This document shows positions 18,543 to 26,746 of a DNA stretch of 34,548 nucleotides, in pieces. The DNA comes from a virus. Taxonomy: Duplodnaviria > Heunggongvirae > Uroviricota > Caudoviricetes. Under the pieces are notes generated by a model. It did not search any database. It saw only the letters and a list, made by a program, of their open reading frames with translations, and was not told the origin of the DNA. The stretch lies in IMG/VR virus record IMGVR_UViG_2563366980_000013. One strand, written 5' to 3'. The number at the start of each line of letters is the position of its first letter. Position 1 is the stretch's first letter. The position numbers and the translations under genes are program-made.

Positions 18543-20137
18543 CAGAATCCCTCCAGCATACGGGCCGCCTGACGACGACGGCGTGAGCTTGCCTTCACCG
18601 GCCCTTTGTTAATTTCACGGCTGGCGAAATACGCCAGCGCCAGTGCGATGGCTGAATCCCCGTGGCGTTTACCACCGTCAGCCTTTGCTTTTGAGCGTTG
18701 CTCCGGTACGCGGGGGACACCGTTCACCACCTGAACGGCCCGCAGGTCATCCAGTGTGTCTTCATCCTTTGGTAAGTCCACCAGGTTACCGTCTTCCAGT
18801 GCAGCTTTGACCGGAGGCATATGCTCCCTGTACCAGCCTTCGGTTGGCATCACCTGCTGAATCCGGCTGGAGCCGTAGCGCTGCATGGCGTATTCAGCCA
18901 GATAGGCACCATTACCACGGGCATCAAACGCTGCACCCAGCAGACCGGGCAGGCCATCCATCAGATACCAGGTGATTTGCTCCTGCTGTCTGAACGGCAC
19001 GTTACGCAGCTCCAGTACGAATGGCACGCGTCGTACCAGGTTCTTCTCCTGCAGCAGGGGATAGTCCACCGACAAATCACCGCTACGGCCAAAGTCGCGC
19101 CCCAGGAAAGAGCGGGCATCAGTGGGGAGTGCCTCCAGCAATGGTTTCAGATACTCATCAAGCCAGTCCTGCGTCTCGCGGAAGCGAACCTCATCAGACA
19201 GCAGTTCATAACCTTCCTTGCAGGTCAGACGCAATACCGGCGTATCAGCGGACATGCGGGACTCTATCAGGGCACGGGACAGCCAGGCACCGCCACCGTT
19301 GGCCGGAATACAGTCAAGCTCTTCGGATGCGCCGGCACCGTAGAATTTGTACACCGATGCCATCCAGGCCTGCTCGGAGGCCTCCGACCATTCCTTCCCG
19401 GTGCGCAGACAGACGCGCCGGAACAGCCCCTCAGATACGGCTTCCCGGAAAGTGATGCGATGTATGCTGCCTCCCTGACGTCCGGCACGGATATCCCCGA
19501 TAAGCGTATTGAACGGATTGTCGTCACCGTTATGGGTGGAGATAACGTGTACCTTCCCCCCCCAGATAAGCATCGCCAGCGCCGCTTTCAGCAGTTCGTC
19601 CAGTTGCTCATGGAACGCCGCTTCGTCGATAACAATAATACCCTGACGGCCACGCAGGTTAGACGGGCGGCTGGAGAGCGCAACAATACGAAAGCCGGAG
19701 TCAGGAAATTTGATGGTGTAAGTCTTGATGTGTTTGTCGTCGTCGTCCTCTTCCCAGAATCCTTCTTCAATTTCACTGGCCGCATAGTTGAATGCCCGTG
19801 CCCACATCGCACACGCCTGAATGTATTCGACGGTCATGTCCTGGTTATAAGCGATGTAATACACATTCATCCCGCCTGCTGGCGCAGAAGAGGCGGCGGT
19901 CAGTACGTTATCGGATGCCTCAGCCCATGTAATACCGGTACGACGGCTCTTTTCTATCACCTTAAGCGGAGAGGTGTCTGCCACCCAGCGCTGCTGGTAA
20001 GGCAACAGAACGGGAGGGGCATCCAGCGCCGAGGTATCAGGCAAAACGGGAGCAAGGTTATTCCTCCCGTCCATGGGACTCATCCCTTCGGGGCCGCCGC
20101 CAGCGGCGTTTAAAATCACTCCGGATGATTTTGTCAT
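18542..20137 (-). CDS. Terminase large subunit (Mu gp28-like)
   Basis: 531 aa; ATPase and nuclease-like regions; overlaps the small-subunit stop. Confidence 0.8.
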   Translation of the reverse strand: MTKSSGVILNAAGGGPEGMSPMDGRNNLAPVLPDTSALDAPPVLLPYQQRWVADTSPLKVIEKSRRTGITWAEASDNVLTAASSAPAGGMNVYYIAYNQDMTVEYIQACAMWARAFNYAASEIEEGFWEEDDDDKHIKTYTIKFPDSGFRIVALSSRPSNLRGRQGIIVIDEAAFHEQLDELLKAALAMLIWGGKVHVISTHNGDDNPFNTLIGDIRAGRQGGSIHRITFREAVSEGLFRRVCLRTGKEWSEASEQAWMASVYKFYGAGASEELDCIPANGGGAWLSRALIESRMSADTPVLRLTCKEGYELLSDEVRFRETQDWLDEYLKPLLEALPTDARSFLGRDFGRSGDLSVDYPLLQEKNLVRRVPFVLELRNVPFRQQEQITWYLMDGLPGLLGAAFDARGNGAYLAEYAMQRYGSSRIQQVMPTEGWYREHMPPVKAALEDGNLVDLPKDEDTLDDLRAVQVVNGVPRVPEQRSKAKADGGKRHGDSAIALALAYFASREINKGPVKASSRRRRQAARMLEGF

Positions 20138-20679
20138 GTGGCAATCCCCAGAATCTCGCGACGAAGCGCCTGTACTGCGTCGCTTGACAGTCCCCCCTTA
20201 CGGGCAATTTTCTCGGCGTTGCTGGCTGCCTGCTGCGCTCTGGCCCGTACTTCAGACTGGAACTTTTTGAGGTTGACGGACGCGCGGGACAGCGTAGCCA
20301 CATTCTTCGCCACCTTCGACAGCAGGGCCACGCGTTCTTTAGGATCGACTTCGCCTTCTTCCGCCTCCTGCAACTGGACAATACTCTCGAACAGCTCGGT
20401 CTGAATAAGGGCTATCACAGCCTCCGAACGCGCATCCTGATCGTCTGCTGCGCCTTCGGTCAGCATGCGGGCCGCTTCTGTCGCCGCACGGATAGCACCA
20501 TAGCGGCGCTCAATCTTCTGTCCATAGCGATGGATAGCGGATTTGCTGATGACGTACCCCCGCTCACGCAGCAGGGACTCCAGCTCGTTATACCCGCTGA
20601 AGCCGGATTCAGTCAGCGCCCGTTCAAGCCAGCGGCGCACGTCTTCCGGCAGCTTTTCTATTGTGCTGCGTCTGGCCAT
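20134..20679 (-). CDS. Terminase small subunit (Mu gp27-like)
   Basis: 181 aa; N-terminus MARRSTIEKLPEDVRRWLERAL.. typical of Mu-type small terminase; immediately upstream of the large terminase. Confidence 0.7.
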   Translation of the reverse strand: MARRSTIEKLPEDVRRWLERALTESGFSGYNELESLLRERGYVISKSAIHRYGQKIERRYGAIRAATEAARMLTEGAADDQDARSEAVIALIQTELFESIVQLQEAEEGEVDPKERVALLSKVAKNVATLSRASVNLKKFQSEVRARAQQAASNAEKIARKGGLSSDAVQALRREILGIAT

Positions 20680-20990
20680 TATTCACTCCAGTACTTTTCC
20701 GGGCGGGCAATACCCGGACCACATTCCACGGTGTATTCCACCAGGTCTACGCCGAGGCGGGTCAGGTCAGCAAACCAGTCACCAGAAGGTTTTTTCTCCA
20801 GCTCAACCATTTTACGGTCAGCCAGATAATCCAGTTCGCGGCGCAGCTCCAGCGGTGTGGTGTCCGGGTAGATGGCACGGGACACATCCAGCAGCAGCGT
20901 CTCGCTGGCGGTGTAAGGGCGGGTCTTGTTCAGGGCAACCAGCAGACTCCAGCGCAGGGATTCGCGGCGTACTCGGGTAATATCGACCAT
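20679..20990 (-). CDS. Conserved Mu-like late protein (gp26 position)
   Basis: 103 aa; abutting neighbouring genes. Confidence 0.45.
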   Translation of the reverse strand: MVDITRVRRESLRWSLLVALNKTRPYTASETLLLDVSRAIYPDTTPLELRRELDYLADRKMVELEKKPSGDWFADLTRLGVDLVEYTVECGPGIARPEKYWSE

Positions 20991-21316
20991 TATTGACCTC
21001 CGGTATTGCGGTACTGCTGTACCACTTCCAGTTTGTTATAAAGCGCGTCCAGTTTGGCCTCAATGACTGTCTGGCCACGGATATAATCCTCTCGACGGAC
21101 ATAATTCAGCGGTAAATCCGCTTTAAATCGCATAAATTCTTTTTCCAGCTCGCCCCAGTTGGAGGCGGATTGTTGCAGGGCCTGTTCAAGGGAGGCGAAT
21201 CGTGCCGCCTGGCGTTCTTCTGTTTTACTGAACAACCATTTGGCGAGCCCTCCCACAAACCCCATGAAGGTGAGCAGAAAACTCACCACCGTCCAGAATT
21301 CAACCTGCAGTGTCAT
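20990..21316 (-). CDS. Small membrane protein (gp25 position; possible lysis accessory)
   Basis: 108 aa with an N-terminal hydrophobic helix (FWTVVSFLLTFMGFVGGLAKWLF) followed by a coiled-coil-like region. Confidence 0.45.
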   Translation of the reverse strand: MTLQVEFWTVVSFLLTFMGFVGGLAKWLFSKTEERQAARFASLEQALQQSASNWGELEKEFMRFKADLPLNYVRREDYIRGQTVIEAKLDALYNKLEVVQQYRNTGGQ

Positions 21317-21962
21317 TTCTGTAATCCTTCCCGTTCATCCAGCAGCGCGTTTATCTGGTTCCGCCAGCGACGACATTGCCATGCGTTGTCGATGATGTTG
21401 GCGAGAACGTCACGCTGGGAGACACCCGAATCGCGTAACCGGGTGTCAGTGGTTTCAGGTTGCCCGGTCGCTGTGCCAGAGCGGGTGCCAGTGGCGGCAA
21501 CTGAGTCTGAATGACCGGTGTCGACGGATGCGTTGTCATATCCGAGTGCGGCGTTGTACTGGCGCACGAAACCGCGAGTAAACACGCACTCAATGGGATG
21601 ACTCTTACCTTTTTCATCAATCCAGCGCTGTGTGACATCGTTAATTTGCCCCTGTAGTTGTTTGTTCCGGCTCTCCAGTTGAGCAATCTGCTCAAGATAA
21701 CCGGCTTCAGCCCGCTGCCCGGCGGCCACCTGCTCCTGATACCGTCTGGCCCAAGCCCGCAGCGCAGCATTCTCAAGCGTTGCCTGCGCCGTTTTGTACG
21801 CGTCAAATGCTGACTGCAACTGACTGAGCGCGGTATTACCGTCACGCTTTGCAGAGTCATGACCACTTCTGTATCCCATGGCATACAGGCCGATCAGAAA
21901 GGCATTGATAAGAATGGCCAGCAGAATGCCGCGCCACGGCAGCTTTTTAACCAGATGCCACA
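21313..21962 (-). CDS. i-spanin (Rz-like inner-membrane spanin)
   Basis: GTG start preceded by GGGGAGG; N-terminal TM helix (WRGILLAILINAFLIGLYAMG) then a long Ala/Gln-rich helical region; directly downstream of the endolysin. Confidence 0.6.
21351..21617 (-). CDS. o-spanin (Rz1-like outer-membrane lipoprotein) embedded in the i-spanin gene
   Basis: +1-frame ORF inside the i-spanin gene starting MKKVRVIPLSACLLAVSCAS (lipobox LAVSC), followed by a Pro-rich 88-aa product. Confidence 0.6.
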   Translation of the reverse strand: MKKVRVIPLSACLLAVSCASTTPHSDMTTHPSTPVIQTQLPPLAPALAQRPGNLKPLTPGYAIRVSPSVTFSPTSSTTHGNVVAGGTR

Positions 21963-22681
21963 CAACTGCTGCCTCCCCATGTGAGATATCGCGGTGCCAG
22001 TTCGCGCAGGATGCGCTGCGGATAATGGCGGTTCTCCCGCCAGCTGGCCGCATTGCGTCCGGCATTCACCGTGGCGACATGTCCGAACCAGCGGGTGCTG
22101 TCCAGACCTTTCTGTGATGCAAGCCGCCTGTCCCGTTGTACCCAGCCCAGACCACCGTTATAGCCTGACAGTGTCATGGCCATACGCTCGCAGTCGTTGG
22201 CGGCGCTGACGCGCTGCCACAGCCAGCGGTCATAGCTGACCAGCGCCCGGATGGCCCATGCCGGATTAAACGGCTCACGGCTGTTAAGTCCCGGCATCAG
22301 CTGACTTATCCAGTCGGCAGTGGCAGGCATGAACTGCGCCAGTCCCTGAGCACCAGCCGGCGAGACCGCATCAGGTCGCCAGCCGCTTTCCTGATGCAGT
22401 TGCGCGGCGAAATCTGCCACCGGCGCAGACAGTCCCCATTCAAGCCGGGCATTACGGATCACATCATCGCGATACTGCAGCGCAGCCTGCGGAGGCTGCG
22501 CTGCGCGGGCCTGACTGAAGAAGCCACCACACCAGAGCAGCCAGACAATCACCAGTTTGCCAGCAAGCTGCCACCAGAAGCTGTATTTATCGTTACGTGG
22601 TTCGCCGTGTCTGATGGCGGTTACGCCCAGACCAAAGGCGAACAGAATAATGAGGGTGATTTGAGGCCAGTTCATGGTCAC
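21947..22681 (-). CDS. Endolysin, lytic transglycosylase (SLT domain) with hydrophobic N-terminal region (SAR-like)
   Basis: SLT catalytic motif ..LHQESGWRPDAVSPAGAQGLAQFMP..; N-terminal 60 aa contain two hydrophobic stretches; start overlaps the holin stop (ATGA). Confidence 0.7.
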   Translation of the reverse strand: MTMNWPQITLIILFAFGLGVTAIRHGEPRNDKYSFWWQLAGKLVIVWLLWCGGFFSQARAAQPPQAALQYRDDVIRNARLEWGLSAPVADFAAQLHQESGWRPDAVSPAGAQGLAQFMPATADWISQLMPGLNSREPFNPAWAIRALVSYDRWLWQRVSAANDCERMAMTLSGYNGGLGWVQRDRRLASQKGLDSTRWFGHVATVNAGRNAASWRENRHYPQRILRELAPRYLTWGGSSCVASG

Positions 22682-23028
22682 AGTCCTGTTGCCACAGCCA
22701 GACAGACCGCTGCAACAATCAGTGCACGGCGGATTAACGCAGCAGAAAATACAAGGTGAAGGCCGGTCTGCACAGGGAAACGCCCTTCAGCCATCAGCCT
22801 GTCTTCATGTTTCAGGTACTGACCGGGACGGGCTTTGGGGAAGAGCGAACGGTCAAGCCAGTAACCCAGCACTGCTGCCAGCGTGATGAGTGCCAGCTTG
22901 TAGATCACAACAGGCAACTGCTGTGGCGAGACCAGAGCGATGGTGCCCAGCAACAGCACTGAGGTCAGCAGCCAGCCGCTGAGGCGAGGTTTTTTAACAG
23001 GGGGAATGAATTTTTTCAGGCTTTTCAT
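22678..23028 (-). CDS. Putative holin
   Basis: Small membrane protein with 2-3 predicted TM helices immediately upstream of the endolysin; start taken at the internal ATG (MKSLKKF..); the track ORF extends to 23061. Confidence 0.55.
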   Translation of the reverse strand: MKSLKKFIPPVKKPRLSGWLLTSVLLLGTIALVSPQQLPVVIYKLALITLAAVLGYWLDRSLFPKARPGQYLKHEDRLMAEGRFPVQTGLHLVFSAALIRRALIVAAVCLAVATGL

Positions 23029-23061
23029 GTGTGTCTCCTTGTTTGGTGGAGACAGCATCAC

Positions 23062-23158
23062 AAATGTGGCGGGATACGGATTTTAAAGCGCGTTATAAGT
23101 GTTCGCAGAGGGAAGCGACCAGAATGGTCGCACACAAAACATAGGGGAGGCAAGCACA
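23062..23158. promoter_or_regulatory. Divergent intergenic region upstream of the late operon, containing a 17-bp dyad (gcgacca gaa tggtcgc, approx. 23115-23131)
   Basis: Perfect 7-bp inverted repeat with 3-bp spacer located between the holin start and the divergent + strand gene; candidate late-activator or operator site. Confidence 0.35.
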
Positions 23159-23482
23159 ATGACTGAACCGAAACAGTCTGGTATTAAAAAAGGGTTCCTC
23201 TTTGGGAGCAGAATCGGAGAGCAGAATAAAACTTACACGCTAAGCTTGGATGCATGTTGTCCAACCGAAGCGATTATAGAGCTGAAAAACGTTCTGGTTG
23301 CACTTGAAGAGAGAAGAAGTCATTTCGCCAGCGGAGAAAACAACGTCATGCTAATTGGCGATGTGGCGGCGACATCACGATATAAAACCGCACCTAATCC
23401 TGCGATTCAGTTATCCTTCGACCAACGAATACTGGAAGCGGAATCAGCAGTTCCCAGAACGGTTCGTCCTCACCAGTCTTAA
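23159..23482 (+). CDS. Hypothetical protein (accessory)
   Basis: 107 aa from ATG with good RBS (AGGGGAGG, 8-nt spacing); no recognised family; 3' end overlaps the convergent gene 23394..23969. Confidence 0.45.
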   Translation: MTEPKQSGIKKGFLFGSRIGEQNKTYTLSLDACCPTEAIIELKNVLVALEERRSHFASGENNVMLIGDVAATSRYKTAPNPAIQLSFDQRILEAESAVPRTVRPHQS

Positions 23483-23969
23483 CTGGGGCTGCTTCACCCG
23501 ACCAGTAAAGCCAAGCACGGTGATACAGTTCCAGCACCGGGCAATCACTGTTCAATAACCTCATATCTCCGCGATGCACCTGCTCATTTGTGATGACTTC
23601 ATATATCGGTGCCGTTCTTATTTCGTCTTCGCCTCTCTCATCAGCCAGTAATTCCCTGAACTTCCTGACTTCACTCAGATGCTGACAGGCAAACAGTGAC
23701 TGATAGCGGGAAGGTTTATCAGGAAAATGGCTACGGCGAACTAACTCAAACACCAGACCGACCAGCAGACTTCTGCTGATTCCACTGTCATCTTCCATTT
23801 TAGGGCCGGGGTTATAGAGATAGTTATACCCGTGACTCGAAAGGCCATTGGGATACATCTGATGAAGAAAAGCGGCCAGTTCTGGCATTTCAGGCTCGTA
23901 TTTTCCGGTAATTACATGACAAGGCGAAGGCAGACGACTAGCGGAATCAAGTGTGTAATACGTTCCCAT
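23394..23969 (-). CDS. Hypothetical protein (accessory)
   Basis: 191-aa ORF; intermediate GC; no recognised family. Confidence 0.5.
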   Translation of the reverse strand: MGTYYTLDSASRLPSPCHVITGKYEPEMPELAAFLHQMYPNGLSSHGYNYLYNPGPKMEDDSGISRSLLVGLVFELVRRSHFPDKPSRYQSLFACQHLSEVRKFRELLADERGEDEIRTAPIYEVITNEQVHRGDMRLLNSDCPVLELYHRAWLYWSGEAAPVKTGEDEPFWELLIPLPVFVGRRITESQD

Positions 23970-24378
23970 TCAGAAAACAATCCTTATCGAACAAACACTG
24001 CACGTAGGTAATGCATCCAGTAAATCGCGTTAATAGAAATCATGTATCTCAAAACTTCACTCTGAACTCTGACAGTGAAAGAACGACCAGCCCGGTACCC
24101 GAACTCCAGGCTGGTCATCGCCCCACAGGAATGCACTGTGAGCCGACCGAGGTTCAGTCAGTCTCGCGAGACCAGACTAGCCTGCCATATTTTTTATAAT
24201 TATAAAAGGGTTACAGATTATGAAAATGCAGACATTCCCCATCGCTCCATGGATTGGTTGTAAACGCCGCCATGCCAGACATATTCTGGCCGATGTTTCC
24301 TAGCACGCACGAATATGAGGCAACTGACGAGAATAAATGATGCGTCAGAATGAACCGTCGACACCGTGCTTTCAGGTT

Positions 24379-24990
24379 TCAAAAATCTGGAGAAGGTATA
24401 TCTATCTGACCGACGTTTCGTAACCACATCTCTTGCTTTGTTTCTTTATTGGTTCGGGCGATATCATTAGCATTGTATCTGCATGTTTTAACCGCAACCT
24501 CACGAACTCGTGCTATAGGAGTATTTGTGTAGAATTTAAGATCTTCCTCTACCGCTCGTATGGCGATAAGCCCTCCACTCTGAAAACCGCTGGTTACTTT
24601 TAAAAGATCAACTCCTTGGTTATAAACGGCATTACATACGTTAGGGAACTCATCTTCTACAGTTTTGGGGATCATCAGCATATCAGGAAGACCCTGTAAC
24701 ACGTTATCTTCCTTTGGCCTCCATGCCCTTCCCAAAAAAGCTGTTATAGGTTGTGGTGTAGAAAGAAATGCCAATTCTATATAAAACAAACCACTGTAGT
24801 GATCGCGTAACGAATAGACTAGTAAATGATCTTTTCCAGTTTTACTTGCATTGCTAAGTTTTATATCAAATGGTTTTTTCTGGTACTTAAGCAATCCATC
24901 AACTCCCGCATAATAATGCTTTGAAACAGCAACAGAAAGTTGATGTACTTGGTTCGGATAATCTGTTCTATATCGTTTAATTAGCCCCAT
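24379..24990 (-). CDS. Hypothetical soluble protein, second gene of the repressor-linked cargo pair
   Basis: 203-aa ORF in clearly AT-rich DNA relative to the phage backbone; 20 nt downstream of the membrane-protein gene on the same strand. Confidence 0.6.
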   Translation of the reverse strand: MGLIKRYRTDYPNQVHQLSVAVSKHYYAGVDGLLKYQKKPFDIKLSNASKTGKDHLLVYSLRDHYSGLFYIELAFLSTPQPITAFLGRAWRPKEDNVLQGLPDMLMIPKTVEDEFPNVCNAVYNQGVDLLKVTSGFQSGGLIAIRAVEEDLKFYTNTPIARVREVAVKTCRYNANDIARTNKETKQEMWLRNVGQIDIPSPDF

Positions 24991-25010
24991 AATAGCCTCG
25001 CAGTTATTTT

Positions 25011-25997
25011 CTATTTCAAAATATAACGATATTTACTATCTGGAGTGTTTTGTTGGTCAAGTAATAGAGCTCTACATGGGGCGGTCAAAACACGGGCATA
25101 ACGACCATCGGGGTTTATGTTGATGTAACAAGTTTTCCCTTTAACACCATAAGATTCAGGTATTATTGCCTGTGTAGACACCGTGAATTTAAGGGTATGC
25201 CAGCCCGATTTTTGCTTGTAGCTTGAAACCGAATGGAAATCATCTGAGTACTTATTTAACCCTGGAAACATGCTGCGTAATGCTGGGATGGAATCTTCTA
25301 TTATTTTGTCGTTGGTTTTAATGTTAAAAACGCTGGTTTCAGTAGATGCTACTGCTTTAGCATTTCCCCATTTACCAGCGAACACAATCATTCCCACGAA
25401 AAATATTGCGACAAGAACTAACGCTCCCCCCAACACTACTACATGAGGCTTCCGGCTTCTGGTTGGTACAGTCGCGACTGATTTTGCCCCGCTGTCCGAT
25501 GGAGGTGATAGAGTTTTACTCTCATCACGAATATTCAGCAGATCATCAAAATAACCAAACACAGCCTGCAACTGCTCTTTGTCCAGGCCTTTAAGATGGG
25601 TTGTACCGAAATGCTTCAGACAGTATCTGTCACGGTCAAGACGATACCTAGGGTCAGTAAGCACCATTATTTTGCTGACCAGAAGATTACAGTCCTTCAT
25701 ATTCTGGATCTGTTGTGCATATCTCTGGAGGATCTCAACCGCACCATGATAATCAGCCGCAGTCATTTCATTAACTGTTTTGGTATTAAGTTTCGTGTGG
25801 ATCGTCATCCATAGTTCGCGCTTACTTTCCCCCAGATCAACCAATTCATCCATCAATCTGTGTAAATCGCGTTTTTGCAGCAACGAAATTGGTTGCTGGG
25901 CAGAGGGAAGTATGTCAGCAGAATAGTTATGAATGGTAACATCACCGCTGACAACGTTACCCACATCTCCGTTAACTGTTTGCTTCTCTTTACTCAT
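25011..25997 (-). CDS. Hypothetical single-pass membrane protein, first gene of the repressor-linked cargo pair
   Basis: 328 aa; N-terminal ~185-aa soluble domain, one TM helix (HVVVLGGALVLVAIFFVGMIVFAG), C-terminal ~115-aa domain; start overlaps the repressor stop (ATGA); AT-rich. Confidence 0.6.
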   Translation of the reverse strand: MSKEKQTVNGDVGNVVSGDVTIHNYSADILPSAQQPISLLQKRDLHRLMDELVDLGESKRELWMTIHTKLNTKTVNEMTAADYHGAVEILQRYAQQIQNMKDCNLLVSKIMVLTDPRYRLDRDRYCLKHFGTTHLKGLDKEQLQAVFGYFDDLLNIRDESKTLSPPSDSGAKSVATVPTRSRKPHVVVLGGALVLVAIFFVGMIVFAGKWGNAKAVASTETSVFNIKTNDKIIEDSIPALRSMFPGLNKYSDDFHSVSSYKQKSGWHTLKFTVSTQAIIPESYGVKGKTCYININPDGRYARVLTAPCRALLLDQQNTPDSKYRYILK

Positions 25998-26455
25998 TTT
26001 CTCTTTGTATTTTTGTTCATTATTCCACCTGTTCCTATGGTTACGTTACCTTTGATAACATTCCCCAGAACATCTCCATGAATAACCTGTTCCGCCCGTT
26101 CTCTGGAGGAGCCAGTCGTCAATGCCGACAAAACTGAACCTTTGACTTGTAACGGTGCTTGCCGGTAGTGCTGAAGTAACTCCATTTCATCACGTGATAA
26201 AGTTATACCTGATGATTCCCCAGTAAGAATGAACTGTACGTTGGCCCCAATTCTTGCAAAGGCTGCAAGTAACTCACCTCCGGGAACTGCAACCCCTCGT
26301 TCATATTTCCCCCACATTTCTCTTGAAACGCCACAAAGGGCTGCTACTTCAGCCTGCTTGAGTGATAACCGCGAACGCTCAGCTTTGAACCGCGACGCGC
26401 AAAGAGAATCAAAATTCACATAAACCTCATTGACAATGAGAACAATAGTTCTCAT
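25994..26455 (-). CDS. HTH (XRE/Cro-C1-type) transcriptional regulator, putative prophage repressor
   Basis: HTH region ..LSLKQAEVAALCGVSREMWGKYERG..; divergent from the Ner-like early gene across a 50-bp intergenic region; true start may be an internal GTG/ATG. Confidence 0.65.
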   Translation of the reverse strand: MRTIVLIVNEVYVNFDSLCASRFKAERSRLSLKQAEVAALCGVSREMWGKYERGVAVPGGELLAAFARIGANVQFILTGESSGITLSRDEMELLQHYRQAPLQVKGSVLSALTTGSSRERAEQVIHGDVLGNVIKGNVTIGTGGIMNKNTKRK

Positions 26456-26505
26456 AATCTATCACATATAAAACAAACATCATTGCATCAACAAAGGAGA
26501 CAACA
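26456..26505. promoter_or_regulatory. Divergent repressor/early promoter-operator region
   Basis: 50-bp AT-rich spacer between the divergently transcribed repressor and Ner-like genes, with AAAGGAG RBS before the + strand ATG. Confidence 0.45.
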
Positions 26506-26694
26506 ATGACTTCCGAACAAGTTAAAACTCTCTTCCGTCAGCGTGGTATCACGTTTACCCGCTGGGCCGAAGAACACGGCTACAGCCGCAATGAGGTCTA
26601 TCGTGTTCTCAATGGACAGACCAAAGCTCGTTACGGCAAAGCCCATGAAATTGCCGTAAAGCTGGGATTAAAACCCACGTCAAATGCGGCATAA
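26506..26694 (+). CDS. Ner/Cro-like small DNA-binding protein
   Basis: 62 aa; HTH-like segment TRWAEEHGYSRNEVYRVLNG; first gene of the early operon, divergent from the repressor. Confidence 0.55.
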   Translation: MTSEQVKTLFRQRGITFTRWAEEHGYSRNEVYRVLNGQTKARYGKAHEIAVKLGLKPTSNAA

Positions 26695-26746
26695 ATTTTC
26701 CATATATGCAACAGGTTATCACATATTGCAAAAATGGAAATGTGAC

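Noticed and set aside
18821-20113. 430-aa + strand ORF antisense to the large terminase gene
   Set aside because: Lies entirely inside a well-supported minus-strand terminase gene; long antisense ORFs are expected in GC-rich DNA; no RBS or recognisable protein features.
24011-24263. Two overlapping 62-aa + strand ORFs in the AT-rich spacer
   Set aside because: No RBS, overlapping each other in different frames across palindromic non-coding sequence; more likely regulatory DNA than coding.
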